Positions 36,801 through 44,098 of a stretch of DNA of 64,000 nucleotides are shown here, piece after piece; position 1 is the stretch's first letter; every line of letters starts with the position of its first letter. This DNA is from a virus. The translations under genes were made by a program, and so were the position numbers. Location of the stretch: positions 1 through 64,000 of the IMG/VR virus record IMGVR_UViG_3300021961_000053, one strand, 5' to 3'. The notes under the pieces are model-generated. The model saw only the letters and a program-made list of their open reading frames with translations, ran no database searches and was not told the origin of the DNA.

Positions 36801-36949
36801 CTGACGAACAAATTGATATGCTCCGTCATCTCATCAAACAAGAGATTGATGCTGCACAAATTGATGGTATGGAGCATGGACAATGGGGATGGGCAGATAA
36901 ACAACTAGAGGAAGGATGGAAGATGTTCAAGGAGAGTTTCAATGACTGA
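36797..36949 (+). CDS. Small hypothetical protein (50 aa)
   Basis: Manually translated, ATGA coupling. Confidence 0.6.
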   Translation: MTDEQIDMLRHLIKQEIDAAQIDGMEHGQWGWADKQLEEGWKMFKESFND

Positions 36950-37121
36950 CTATAACATGCCCAATGGTGATTTCATCAAGACTTATCCTGATGTCACTCG
37001 TGTAGAGGTTATCACCAACAATGGACGTGAGTTCGTTCAGTATGAATGTTCCAACGTTCAGGTGTCACTACAGGATGACGGACAAACAATTAAAGTATTT
37101 CTATTCTCCACCTATGACTGA
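36942..37121 (+). CDS. Small hypothetical protein (59 aa)
   Basis: VTRVEVI..NGREFV...VSLQDDG.TIKVF; AAGGAG SD. Confidence 0.65.
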   Translation: MTDYNMPNGDFIKTYPDVTRVEVITNNGREFVQYECSNVQVSLQDDGQTIKVFLFSTYD

Positions 37122-37341
37122 AGATGATAAACATGCATTGAAAGAGTTCATGAATGGTGTGGCATTTACCGTTGCTGTCGTAGGTATTGCTATCATAGGT
37201 ATTGCCATCATGTCTGGTGGTAGTGTGCCAGAAGAACAACTGCCCACGAAGGTGGTTGGCACATACAAAGACTGTGATATAATTCAATGGCATTACGGCC
37301 CTCTCGCTGAATACAAGTATTTTCTCTATTGCCCCAAATGA
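37114..37341 (+). CDS. Small membrane protein (75 aa; start refined)
   Basis: Single transmembrane segment VAFTVAVVGIAIIGIAIM. Confidence 0.65.
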   Translation: MTEDDKHALKEFMNGVAFTVAVVGIAIIGIAIMSGGSVPEEQLPTKVVGTYKDCDIIQWHYGPLAEYKYFLYCPK

Positions 37342-37946
37342 CTTACAACGCTGAACTGACATTCAAATTTGATGCTACCTACACTCATGAGTATAATCGT
37401 GGGTTTGGTTCTACTATTGGTGATGATGACTTTGTTCCTGAAGAGCATTATATTATCACAGCACCAGCAGCAGACCTCAATGCCAAGCAGTATTTCAAGT
37501 TATTTGAGAAATTCATGCTGTGTGTAGGCATGTGCCCGCAATCTATCCGCAGTGGTGCTATGTCTCTTGTCTTCAATGAATATGTGAGTGAGGCAGATCA
37601 GCGCAAGGTGTGTGATGAGTATGAGCTGACGATGGATGAAGATCTGCGTAGCAAGTTTGAAGACTTCAAAGAGGTAGATGCTGCATGGGCAAAACTGAAG
37701 AAAGGTCCAATGGGCACAGTTCTTGAAGATGACTGGAAAGATAAGTTTGATGCACTACATCGTCGCTTCAATCGCTTTGCTGCTCTCAGTGATGATCAAC
37801 TAGAAGATCTTGCTAAGTATGCGGAGAAGACATACTATGTGGTGGATGATTGTGCTCTAGATGATAAGGAGAAGTGCAAGGAGTATAATATGCGTGAGCA
37901 AGAATACTACGACAAACGCGCACAACTGGACCTGAAAACAAAATGA
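37338..37946 (+). CDS. Hypothetical protein (~202 aa)
   Basis: ATGA coupling. Confidence 0.75.
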   Translation: MTYNAELTFKFDATYTHEYNRGFGSTIGDDDFVPEEHYIITAPAADLNAKQYFKLFEKFMLCVGMCPQSIRSGAMSLVFNEYVSEADQRKVCDEYELTMDEDLRSKFEDFKEVDAAWAKLKKGPMGTVLEDDWKDKFDALHRRFNRFAALSDDQLEDLAKYAEKTYYVVDDCALDDKEKCKEYNMREQEYYDKRAQLDLKTK

Positions 37947-38125
37947 TTGTTCCTATACTTGGTTGTATTCTCGCAGGTTGCCTGCAAGACGTGCCTATCA
38001 TCGTTTCAGACCGTCCCATCCTCACTAGATTGGAACTTCTAACAAACAAACCCAAATCCATAGACAAATCACAATACTCATGCTATATTGAAGGAGAGTT
38101 TTACACATCATGTCCGACAAAATGA
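37943..38125 (+). CDS. Small putative lipoprotein (60 aa)
   Basis: Hydrophobic N-terminus with LAGC lipobox. Confidence 0.55.
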   Translation: MIVPILGCILAGCLQDVPIIVSDRPILTRLELLTNKPKSIDKSQYSCYIEGEFYTSCPTK

Positions 38126-38388
38126 TCTACGAAAGCCCTGATAAAGGAAAGACTGTTACCCAGCGTCCATTCCATCAACCAATCAAACAAGTGAAATCTA
38201 ATTGGTATTATGTGTTCTGGGGCATCATGGCAACTGCTGTTGTGGGAGGGCAAATCTATGTTGGACTAGGTTATCGTGAGATGGCAGAAGCAACCAAATC
38301 TACATCTATCAGTGTGATGTGTGAAACAATGTCACCATATCAGATTCCAGTCTCACCCTATCGTAATCGTACAGGACAATTTGAATGA
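38110..38388 (+). CDS. Membrane protein (92 aa)
   Basis: Hydrophobic WYYVFWGIMATAVVGGQIYVGL. Confidence 0.65.
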   Translation: MSDKMIYESPDKGKTVTQRPFHQPIKQVKSNWYYVFWGIMATAVVGGQIYVGLGYREMAEATKSTSISVMCETMSPYQIPVSPYRNRTGQFE

Positions 38389-38648
38389 CACTCATCAAAT
38401 TCATTCATCGTGAAGACTTTGGACATGAATATATTGTTCAAATTATCAACACAGGCAAACATATGCCTAAACCATTCAAGAACTACTCATTGATTCAAGT
38501 ATCATTGTCATGGAATGATTTCCCTGGTTGGCCATACATTAAGATCAGTTCTGGTACTGGTAGTCTAATCAATGTTATGGCATGGGTGTATAAACTAGGA
38601 TTTGATTTCTCTATCATAGATCGTACATGGAATTGGCATGAGGAATAA
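38385..38648 (+). CDS. Hypothetical protein (87 aa)
   Basis: ATGA coupling. Confidence 0.65.
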   Translation: MTLIKFIHREDFGHEYIVQIINTGKHMPKPFKNYSLIQVSLSWNDFPGWPYIKISSGTGSLINVMAWVYKLGFDFSIIDRTWNWHEE

Positions 38649-38798
38649 ATGACATACGAAGTACAAACATGGGATAGTGAAGAGTATTGTGTGAACTATC
38701 ATACAGTCAGTGATGCAATTGATTATGAGGATGCACAACAAGTAATAGAACTACAATACCCAGATCAAAAAGTAATCTCAGTAATCAAACGACAATGA
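38649..38798 (+). CDS. Small hypothetical protein (49 aa)
   Basis: GAGG SD; manually translated. Confidence 0.55.
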   Translation: MTYEVQTWDSEEYCVNYHTVSDAIDYEDAQQVIELQYPDQKVISVIKRQ

Positions 38799-38923
38799 TT
38801 TACTTTCTCATCATATCATCAGCAGTAGTATGGGCATTGTTCTCATTGTACTCACCTAGACTGTCTCATCTAGATAAAGAACATGAACAACAACGTATCA
38901 ATGATAGACGAGAACACACCTGA
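38795..38923 (+). CDS. Small membrane protein (42 aa)
   Basis: ATGA coupling; hydrophobic N-terminus. Confidence 0.45.
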   Translation: MIYFLIISSAVVWALFSLYSPRLSHLDKEHEQQRINDRREHT

Positions 38924-39044
38924 TAAACTAAGAGAGATTATCAGAGATACATGGCCTAATCTCTATCATTTGAAGCAACGTGATAATGACGTTGATAATG
39001 ATTCTGAACCAGATTGTCAAGGTGCTCCGCGTCAGTATCAGTAA
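38883..39044 (+). CDS. Small hypothetical protein (53 aa)
   Basis: Manually translated (..TPDKLREIIRDTWPNLY..). Confidence 0.45.
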   Translation: MNNNVSMIDENTPDKLREIIRDTWPNLYHLKQRDNDVDNDSEPDCQGAPRQYQ

Positions 39045-39164
39045 GGGTTCTTGATACTAATTCGTATTGTTATCAGAATGTTTTTAAATCATAATAAAAA
39101 TAGGGTTAAGGTGCGGTAGAGATGTTGGCTTAGCACGCTACCTATCGAAAGTCAAGCAACACTG

Positions 39165-39220
39165 TGCCAGTCCTCAAAGTGTCACAGAAACCCTCAGAGA
39201 CCCTCAGAATGCCCTATAAT
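39165..39220 (+). promoter_or_regulatory. Palindrome + -10 early-type promoter module
   Basis: TGTGCCA-N10-TGTCACA, 30 nt, TATAAT. Confidence 0.8.
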
Positions 39221-39258
39221 AGGTACATCAGAGGGGGAGAGATCCACGCCTTCTGAGG

Positions 39259-39385
39259 TTTTCCACAGGTTGTGGAATTTGTGGAAAACTCAAAAACTGA
39301 AAAAGACAAAAATCTCACTTTTTAAGTTTTTTCAAAAACTGAGAATTTAAGATTTTTGAGTTTTTTCAAAAATTAAACTTTAATC
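39259..39385. other. Candidate replication origin/DnaA-binding region
   Basis: TTTTCCACA (39259), TGTGGAATT (39271), TGTGGAAAA (39280) followed by ~100 nt of A/T tracts. Confidence 0.45.
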
Positions 39386-39405
39386 ACCTGCATTTACTCA
39401 CTAAA

Positions 39406-39654
39406 ATGACAAAAACCTACGATAATCTTACTAGTAGTGCTATCAATAGTATTACAGTAGAAGATAATGTAGTAAAAGTAGTGTATAATAGTAATAAAGA
39501 CAAAGAATATACATTCAACTGTCAAAACATGGATCAATTTGTAGAACAATTGAGTTCAGAATTGATCGATGTAGAGATCAACAATGGAAAAGGATCTGTT
39601 GGTCGTTTCTTACACCAACAAATCAAGAATGGTGTTCTAATTGAATCTAAATAG
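39406..39654 (+). CDS. KTSC-like domain protein
   Basis: SSAI.SI......V.V.Y.....EY.F ... GSVGRFLHQQIK. Confidence 0.6.
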   Translation: MTKTYDNLTSSAINSITVEDNVVKVVYNSNKDKEYTFNCQNMDQFVEQLSSELIDVEINNGKGSVGRFLHQQIKNGVLIESK

Positions 39655-39687
39655 TCACACAGTTTGAGTAACTAATCAATCAAAACA

Positions 39688-39849
39688 ATGAGCAACAAAA
39701 ATCATCGCAATGACCGCTACGATAAGTATAGCGAATTCAATGACGATTTCGAAGACTTTGGTTATGACGTGAAGAACGTTCGCCGTCAAACTAAAAAGAA
39801 AGTTACCAAATTCAAGACCCGTGACGATGAATACTATGACACTTTCTAA
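39688..39849 (+). CDS. Small charged protein (53 aa)
   Basis: Manually translated; stop inside promoter palindrome. Confidence 0.55.
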   Translation: MSNKNHRNDRYDKYSEFNDDFEDFGYDVKNVRRQTKKKVTKFKTRDDEYYDTF

Positions 39850-39893
39850 ACTGGCACACTAACACCCCCATCGATCCCATCATCGTGTATTGT
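39837..39893 (+). promoter_or_regulatory. Palindrome + -10 early-type promoter module
   Basis: TGACA-N10-TGGCA, 31 nt, TATTGT. Confidence 0.65.
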
Positions 39894-39922
39894 ATACAAG
39901 TTGATGGGATTTTTGATTGACG

Positions 39923-40093
39923 ATGACACTAACTGAACGCAACCAAAAGTTATATGAACTGCGTGATCAGTTGTTGAAAGCACGAGCACAAGTTGCCTGG
40001 ATTGAACAACAGATCTGGTTGACTCGTGATGCATACGATCAAGAACAATTTGCCATCCCTGGTAATAGTCTTTTTGATCAAATGTTCAACTAG
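39923..40093 (+). CDS. Small coiled-coil protein (56 aa)
   Basis: Manually translated. Confidence 0.55.
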   Translation: MTLTERNQKLYELRDQLLKARAQVAWIEQQIWLTRDAYDQEQFAIPGNSLFDQMFN

Positions 40094-40122
40094 ATAATAT
40101 AACCAACACCCAAGGAGTTCTC

Positions 40123-40257
40123 ATGACTGTGCAGGAAATGTATCAAGAGATGAAAGAACAAATGCTGGAGGATTCGCTCCTAGGGTATAGAGATCATCAC
40201 CTCTACGATGATGCTGAGAGCTATATTGTAGAAATCGACTACACTACACAGAACTAG
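40123..40257 (+). CDS. Small acidic protein (44 aa)
   Basis: AAGGAG SD; manually translated. Confidence 0.55.
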   Translation: MTVQEMYQEMKEQMLEDSLLGYRDHHLYDDAESYIVEIDYTTQN

Positions 40258-40259
40258 TG

Positions 40260-40317
40260 TGACAGTTGGCAAGGTGTCCCCAATTGACCCCAGATGCCCC
40301 GACCCTGTGCCTATAAT
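40260..40317 (+). promoter_or_regulatory. Palindrome + -10 early-type promoter module
   Basis: TGACA-N10-TGTCC, 32 nt, TATAAT. Confidence 0.75.
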
Positions 40318-40323
40318 GTCTGC

Positions 40324-40521
40324 ATGACAAACAACCTCACCGCTTCCATGGTCCATCAGTTCGATCTCGACATCGCTCCCGCCTTGCGTGAGTACATGGG
40401 TTCTAATCTCACTGACCTCAGCGACTGCATCGATTGGGTGTGCGCTGTGTTCGATGTGCCCGCTAGCGAGTGGATCTGCGATCGTATCGCTGACGAGTTC
40501 GAAGAGTTCTTCGGGGTGTGA
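40324..40521 (+). CDS. Hypothetical early protein (65 aa; likely leaderless)
   Basis: ATG 6 nt after -10 box; its TGA stop is part of the next palindrome. Confidence 0.65.
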   Translation: MTNNLTASMVHQFDLDIAPALREYMGSNLTDLSDCIDWVCAVFDVPASEWICDRIADEFEEFFGV

Positions 40522-40575
40522 CAGTTGGGGGAGTGTCCATCATTCTCCCCATTGCCCCCCATCTGCTGCCATACT
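40519..40575 (+). promoter_or_regulatory. Palindrome + -10 early-type promoter module
   Basis: TGACA-N10-TGTCC, 31 nt, CATACT. Confidence 0.7.
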
Positions 40576-40604
40576 AACCTCAGTTCAAACAACCAACGCC
40601 AAAC

Positions 40605-40964
40605 ATGCGTAAGATCGAACGCCAAATGCTCAACGCCATTGCTGTTAACAGCAACTGGAAATGTGCTAACACTGAAGTGTGCTACGATCCCGAAACTAAC
40701 GAGAGCACTGTGTATCTGCACGGTAACAAGATTGCAGAGGTAGGTGATAACTACCTGCGCCTCTTTGATGGTGGTTGGCAATCTAACACCACCAAATCTC
40801 GCATCAATGCTATCATGCAAGAATGCAGCATTGCAGGCGAAGGTGTATTCCAGAAGAACTATCAGTGGTTCATTCGCCTCTTCAATGGCACTGAATTCTT
40901 CGTCACTGAGTTTCGCTCTGGCATGAAACTTGGTGCTCTGCCTTACTCTCTGCTGCTCGCCTGA
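40605..40964 (+). CDS. Conserved-type phage early protein (119 aa)
   Basis: MRKIERQM..AI...VYLHGNKIA...DGGWQSNTTKSRINA. Confidence 0.75.
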   Translation: MRKIERQMLNAIAVNSNWKCANTEVCYDPETNESTVYLHGNKIAEVGDNYLRLFDGGWQSNTTKSRINAIMQECSIAGEGVFQKNYQWFIRLFNGTEFFVTEFRSGMKLGALPYSLLLA

Positions 40965-40974
40965 GTTACAGAAT

Positions 40975-40995
40975 AGGGGAGACAATCTCCCCTTC
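40975..40995 (+). terminator. Hairpin after early gene
   Basis: AGGGGAGA-caa-TCTCCCCT. Confidence 0.5.
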
Positions 40996-41105
40996 TCAAT
41001 AGACTTTCTAATTGAGAATCGCGGCTGCCCCTAGTACAACTGAACTCATGGCATCATCAGCATCCCCCATCCTAGGCGTCTGGTATGATCCGACCGCCAA
41101 GCGCA

Positions 41106-41163
41106 GTACAGTTGAGAATGTGGCACAGTGGGTTGCCGTTGCTGCTGCCCTGGGATCTATACT
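41106..41163 (+). promoter_or_regulatory. Palindrome + -10 early-type promoter module
   Basis: GTACA-N10-TGGCA, 32 nt, TATACT. Confidence 0.7.
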
Positions 41164-41187
41164 GATCTCAGTTCAAACGAAACGCAA

Positions 41188-41403
41188 GTGACCCACGCCA
41201 TCGCAGTTCAACCGACCGCCTGGACTTCCTTCGATCAGCATGGTTGCGAGTGGGCAACCGACATGCGCCATGCCTACCGCATCGCCCAACAATGGGGCGA
41301 GCCCTGCATGGTCTGGATGTGCCCCGTGCATGGTGCCCCGATGAAGTGGTGTCGTGCCACTGAGATCACAGACGCCATCGCTGACCTAGTGTTCGGTGCC
41401 TGA
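41188..41403 (+). CDS. Hypothetical early protein (71 aa; GTG start)
   Basis: First ORF after promoter. Confidence 0.6.
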   Translation: MTHAIAVQPTAWTSFDQHGCEWATDMRHAYRIAQQWGEPCMVWMCPVHGAPMKWCRATEITDAIADLVFGA

Positions 41404-41447
41404 AGTGGCACAAGGGGGACTGAGATCCCCTGCCCACCCTCTATACT
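41391..41447 (+). promoter_or_regulatory. Palindrome (degenerate left half) + -10 module
   Basis: AAG-TGGCACA right half, 31 nt, TATACT. Confidence 0.65.
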
Positions 41448-41453
41448 AACAGC

Positions 41454-41663
41454 ATGAACAGCACCGAACTCAAGACCCTGAACTTCACCCTCTCCCTGCA
41501 GGATCGCTGCATCGCCATCGCTGAGGCGCTCGCCATGGAAATCAACGGTGACCTCTCCTACGTGCCAGAGGAGGATGCCGAGCGTATCATGGCACGTCTG
41601 ACCCCAGACAACATACAGGAGACGGCAGAGGAACTGGCACAACTTGCCTACTGGTTCAACTGA
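41454..41663 (+). CDS. Hypothetical early protein (69 aa; likely leaderless)
   Basis: ATG 6 nt after -10 box. Confidence 0.7.
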   Translation: MNSTELKTLNFTLSLQDRCIAIAEALAMEINGDLSYVPEEDAERIMARLTPDNIQETAEELAQLAYWFN

Positions 41664-41677
41664 TCACCCCTTAGACT
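41620..41677 (+). promoter_or_regulatory. Palindrome + -10 early-type promoter module
   Basis: AGACG-N10-TGGCA, 32 nt, TAGACT. Confidence 0.6.
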
Positions 41678-41698
41678 GATTCCATCGAAACGAACCCC

Positions 41699-41866
41699 AT
41701 GATCTACGTTGTGACCGCTGGCGACTTCTACGAATCCGATGATGTCTGCTGCCTGTTCGCCCATGAGGCAGACGCCCATGCCTATGCTGCCCAACTCGAA
41801 GGCGAATACGATTGGGCAGAGGTCACTCCCCAAACCGTCCACCAAGGTCCGCTGGTCGCCGCCTGA
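41699..41866 (+). CDS. Small acidic early protein (55 aa)
   Basis: Manually translated. Confidence 0.6.
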   Translation: MIYVVTAGDFYESDDVCCLFAHEADAHAYAAQLEGEYDWAEVTPQTVHQGPLVAA

Positions 41867-41877
41867 CCCCTTATACT
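41821..41877 (+). promoter_or_regulatory. Palindrome + -10 early-type promoter module
   Basis: GGTCA-N10-CGTCC, 31 nt, TATACT. Confidence 0.6.
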
Positions 41878-41883
41878 AAGAGC

Positions 41884-42054
41884 ATGAACAAACAACCCGA
41901 CCTCGCCGCCATCATGGCATCCTACACTGCACAGTACAACCAGATGCAGGCACGATCCGCTGCCAACCGTCAGGCATTCGCTGAGGGTCGCCCCTTCCCC
42001 TTCCCTGCCCCTGAGTGCCAGTCGGGCAACTGGAACATCAGCGACCGCGACTGA
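41884..42054 (+). CDS. Small early protein (56 aa; likely leaderless)
   Basis: ATG 6 nt after -10 box. Confidence 0.6.
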   Translation: MNKQPDLAAIMASYTAQYNQMQARSAANRQAFAEGRPFPFPAPECQSGNWNISDRD

Positions 42055-42073
42055 TCGCCTGACCCTCTAGAAT
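42016..42073 (+). promoter_or_regulatory. Palindrome + -10 early-type promoter module
   Basis: TGCCA-N10-TGGAA, 32 nt, TAGAAT. Confidence 0.65.
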
Positions 42074-42100
42074 TCTCTCATACCAAACAACCCAAACGAC

Positions 42101-42373
42101 ATGACCGCTTCCACCCTCCCCACGTACAACGGTTGGGCAACCTACGAGACCTGGAATGCTGCCCTCTGGATTGGCAACGATCAATTCCTCTACAACACCG
42201 CTAAGGCGTGTGTCGAGTTCTGCTCTGATGACGAGACCCCCTGGGATAAGTTCGTCCGCTGCATGACTGACGGGCAGATCGGTCGCCATCTTGTGCAGAC
42301 CCGTGATGGGGTGCGCTGGGATAGCGTCGCCATCGATGCAGACGAGATGAACGCCATGATGGTCGATCTCTGA
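42101..42373 (+). CDS. Conserved-type phage early protein (90 aa)
   Basis: YNGW.TYETWN.ALWI.ND..LY motif. Confidence 0.75.
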   Translation: MTASTLPTYNGWATYETWNAALWIGNDQFLYNTAKACVEFCSDDETPWDKFVRCMTDGQIGRHLVQTRDGVRWDSVAIDADEMNAMMVDL

Positions 42374-42418
42374 ACCGCACACTACGGGGGTCTCTGCTGC
42401 CCCCCTTGCCTATAGACT
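42361..42418 (+). promoter_or_regulatory. Degenerate palindrome + -10 module
   Basis: GGTCG-N10-CGCAC, 32 nt, TAGACT; in register with the other copies. Confidence 0.45.
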
Positions 42419-42446
42419 AACCACAGTTCAACCGACAGACAGACCG

Positions 42447-42632
42447 ATGATCATGAGCATGGCAACCGACCTCCAGACCCGCCGCATCGTGTGGGCAGGT
42501 CGCAAGACAGAGACCGCTCATCAGACCATGGGGCAAGATCTCCCCATCACCGTAGAGAGCGAGTGGATCGCGGGTGCCTACGCTGACCGCTGGCATGATG
42601 AGGCAATCGCCAAGATCCCCACGTTCGGGTGA
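42447..42632 (+). CDS. Hypothetical early protein (61 aa)
   Basis: First ORF after promoter. Confidence 0.6.
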   Translation: MIMSMATDLQTRRIVWAGRKTETAHQTMGQDLPITVESEWIAGAYADRWHDEAIAKIPTFG

Positions 42633-42671
42633 GGGGTCGCCCCCCATCCTACCACACACCCATTCTCTACT

Positions 42672-42872
42672 ATGAACATCAGAAAGTATCAGCGATCAGT
42701 GGATGAAATCATGAACCGCTACGGTTTCATCTTTGAGAGCAAGTCTAAGCACATGAAATACAAGCACACGAAACTAGGCATCATTCAGGTATGCTCTGCG
42801 ACGCCATCTGATAACTATGCTCTCTCGCAGATTGAGCGCCAATGTAGACGCTCACTCGCAGCAGCACAGTGA
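42672..42872 (+). CDS. HicA-like (dsRBD-fold) protein
   Basis: YGF.......KHMKYKH......V.S.TPSD pattern; 66 aa, basic. Confidence 0.55.
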   Translation: MNIRKYQRSVDEIMNRYGFIFESKSKHMKYKHTKLGIIQVCSATPSDNYALSQIERQCRRSLAAAQ

Positions 42873-42876
42873 TACT

Positions 42877-42902
42877 GGGGGGCAGTTAATTTGCCCCCCT
42901 TT
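42877..42902 (+). terminator. Rho-independent terminator ending the early block
   Basis: GGGGGGCA-gttaatt-TGCCCCCC-TTT. Confidence 0.75.
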
Positions 42903-43022
42903 GTTATACTTAGGGGCGCCAAGCGAAATGTTTGGGTCCCTCCTAACCTACAAAAGTATCCAGACGACCGATAAATATTTCTGAAAACCTTGAAAATAAA
43001 AAAATTTGCCCAGAAAAAAATT

Positions 43023-43274
43023 ATGGAAAAACCCGCGTTTGAAAACTTCACAGGTATTCTAGAGAACTTTGATGCATTCTGCGACGAGTTTGAATCACGC
43101 GCCGCAGAGGCATTCATGAGAGGAGATCAAAATAATGGAAACATCGTCAGAGCAGCCACAGAAAAACTTGGAGGAGAAACTCCTACTGTTGTTACAGAGA
43201 TTAGAGAGTCTGGAGCTGAGGGTGTCTCAGTTGGAGAGACCGACGATTGCGTACAGACGCCCACAGGGGAATAA
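43023..43274 (+). CDS. Hypothetical protein (83 aa; start refined)
   Basis: After late-promoter-like ATAAATA (42971-42977). Confidence 0.65.
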   Translation: MEKPAFENFTGILENFDAFCDEFESRAAEAFMRGDQNNGNIVRAATEKLGGETPTVVTEIRESGAEGVSVGETDDCVQTPTGE

Positions 43275-43365
43275 TTACGAAACATTGTCAGACACTCTGG
43301 ACTACCTTCACAATAATGTAGAAGGTATTAAGAAAGATTTGCTAAAAGTCGCCCAAGCAGTATAA
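43135..43365 (+). CDS. Coiled-coil hypothetical protein (76 aa)
   Basis: AGGAG SD; TAATG coupling with the next gene. Confidence 0.7.
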   Translation: METSSEQPQKNLEEKLLLLLQRLESLELRVSQLERPTIAYRRPQGNNYETLSDTLDYLHNNVEGIKKDLLKVAQAV

Positions 43366-43817
43366 TGCCAAACATCGTAGGACCAGATTGTGTAGATACT
43401 TTAAGTACAGATGCACTATGTCTGTATCCCGCAAAGGCACTAGGAGGGGACCCTACAAAGAGTCCTAATGTAAAGATCAACGGCGAATCGGTAGAATACT
43501 ATAAATCTACGAGTATTCCAGACCCCACCGATCCAGAACCACTCCCATCAAATGTGATTCCCCTCCCATGCCAACCAGGAGATCGAAGGATTCAACCAAC
43601 AATTAACACGACAGTGTATATCAATGGTAATCTTTTCGCAGTACAGGGAGATGAAGCACAGTTGGTGGTGGGAGGCACTCCAAGACCCCTCGTTGGTCCG
43701 TTCAAGTATCCCACAGTCAAAATACAGGAAGGAGGTGCTGGAGGGTCATCTGGAGGCAGCTCAGGGGGTGATGAAGCATTCCCACCAGATGATGGGGGTG
43801 AATTCATTCTTTACTGA
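43365..43817 (+). CDS. PAAR-like spike-tip protein (gp5.4-like) with acidic Gly-rich tail
   Basis: SPNVKING, TVYING...AVQGD and PTVKI repeats; position upstream of gp25. Confidence 0.5.
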   Translation: MPNIVGPDCVDTLSTDALCLYPAKALGGDPTKSPNVKINGESVEYYKSTSIPDPTDPEPLPSNVIPLPCQPGDRRIQPTINTTVYINGNLFAVQGDEAQLVVGGTPRPLVGPFKYPTVKIQEGGAGGSSGGSSGGDEAFPPDDGGEFILY

Positions 43818-43855
43818 GTTTTATGGTATAATATACAAGTCAATCGAGTACATCT

Positions 43856-44002
43856 ATGGCAAAATCTAAAGTTGGTATCAGTGGTTTGAAGTTTGAGCCT
43901 GGTCCCCCTAAAAAGTCCCGTCAAGGTCGTTCAAAGAATACCAGTCTTAGTGCTACATCCCGCAATGGGCGTAAGAAGCGTTATCGTGGTCAGGGGAGTT
44001 AA
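43856..44002 (+). CDS. Small basic protein (48 aa, ...RKKRYRGQG)
   Basis: Manually translated; TGGTATAAT promoter upstream. Confidence 0.65.
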   Translation: MAKSKVGISGLKFEPGPPKKSRQGRSKNTSLSATSRNGRKKRYRGQGS

Positions 44003-44098
44003 TCTCCGAGAACGTAAGCGCCGAGCAAACTAAATATTTCTAAGAGATAGCAACCTCTCTAAAAGTTCTGGAAACAGACTCTTAGAGAGGTTATTTTT

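Noticed and set aside
40356-40985. 209-aa minus-strand ORF
   Set aside because: Spans two plus-strand genes and a promoter module; no support for expression
41048-41191. 47-aa ORF across a promoter module
   Set aside because: No SD and it overlaps the whole promoter and the next start; not supportable as a gene
40260-42418. CRISPR array or integron interpretation of the repeated palindromes
   Set aside because: Repeats are degenerate, spacers are 200-600 nt ORFs, each repeat is tied to a -10 box, and no cas or integrase gene is present in the window
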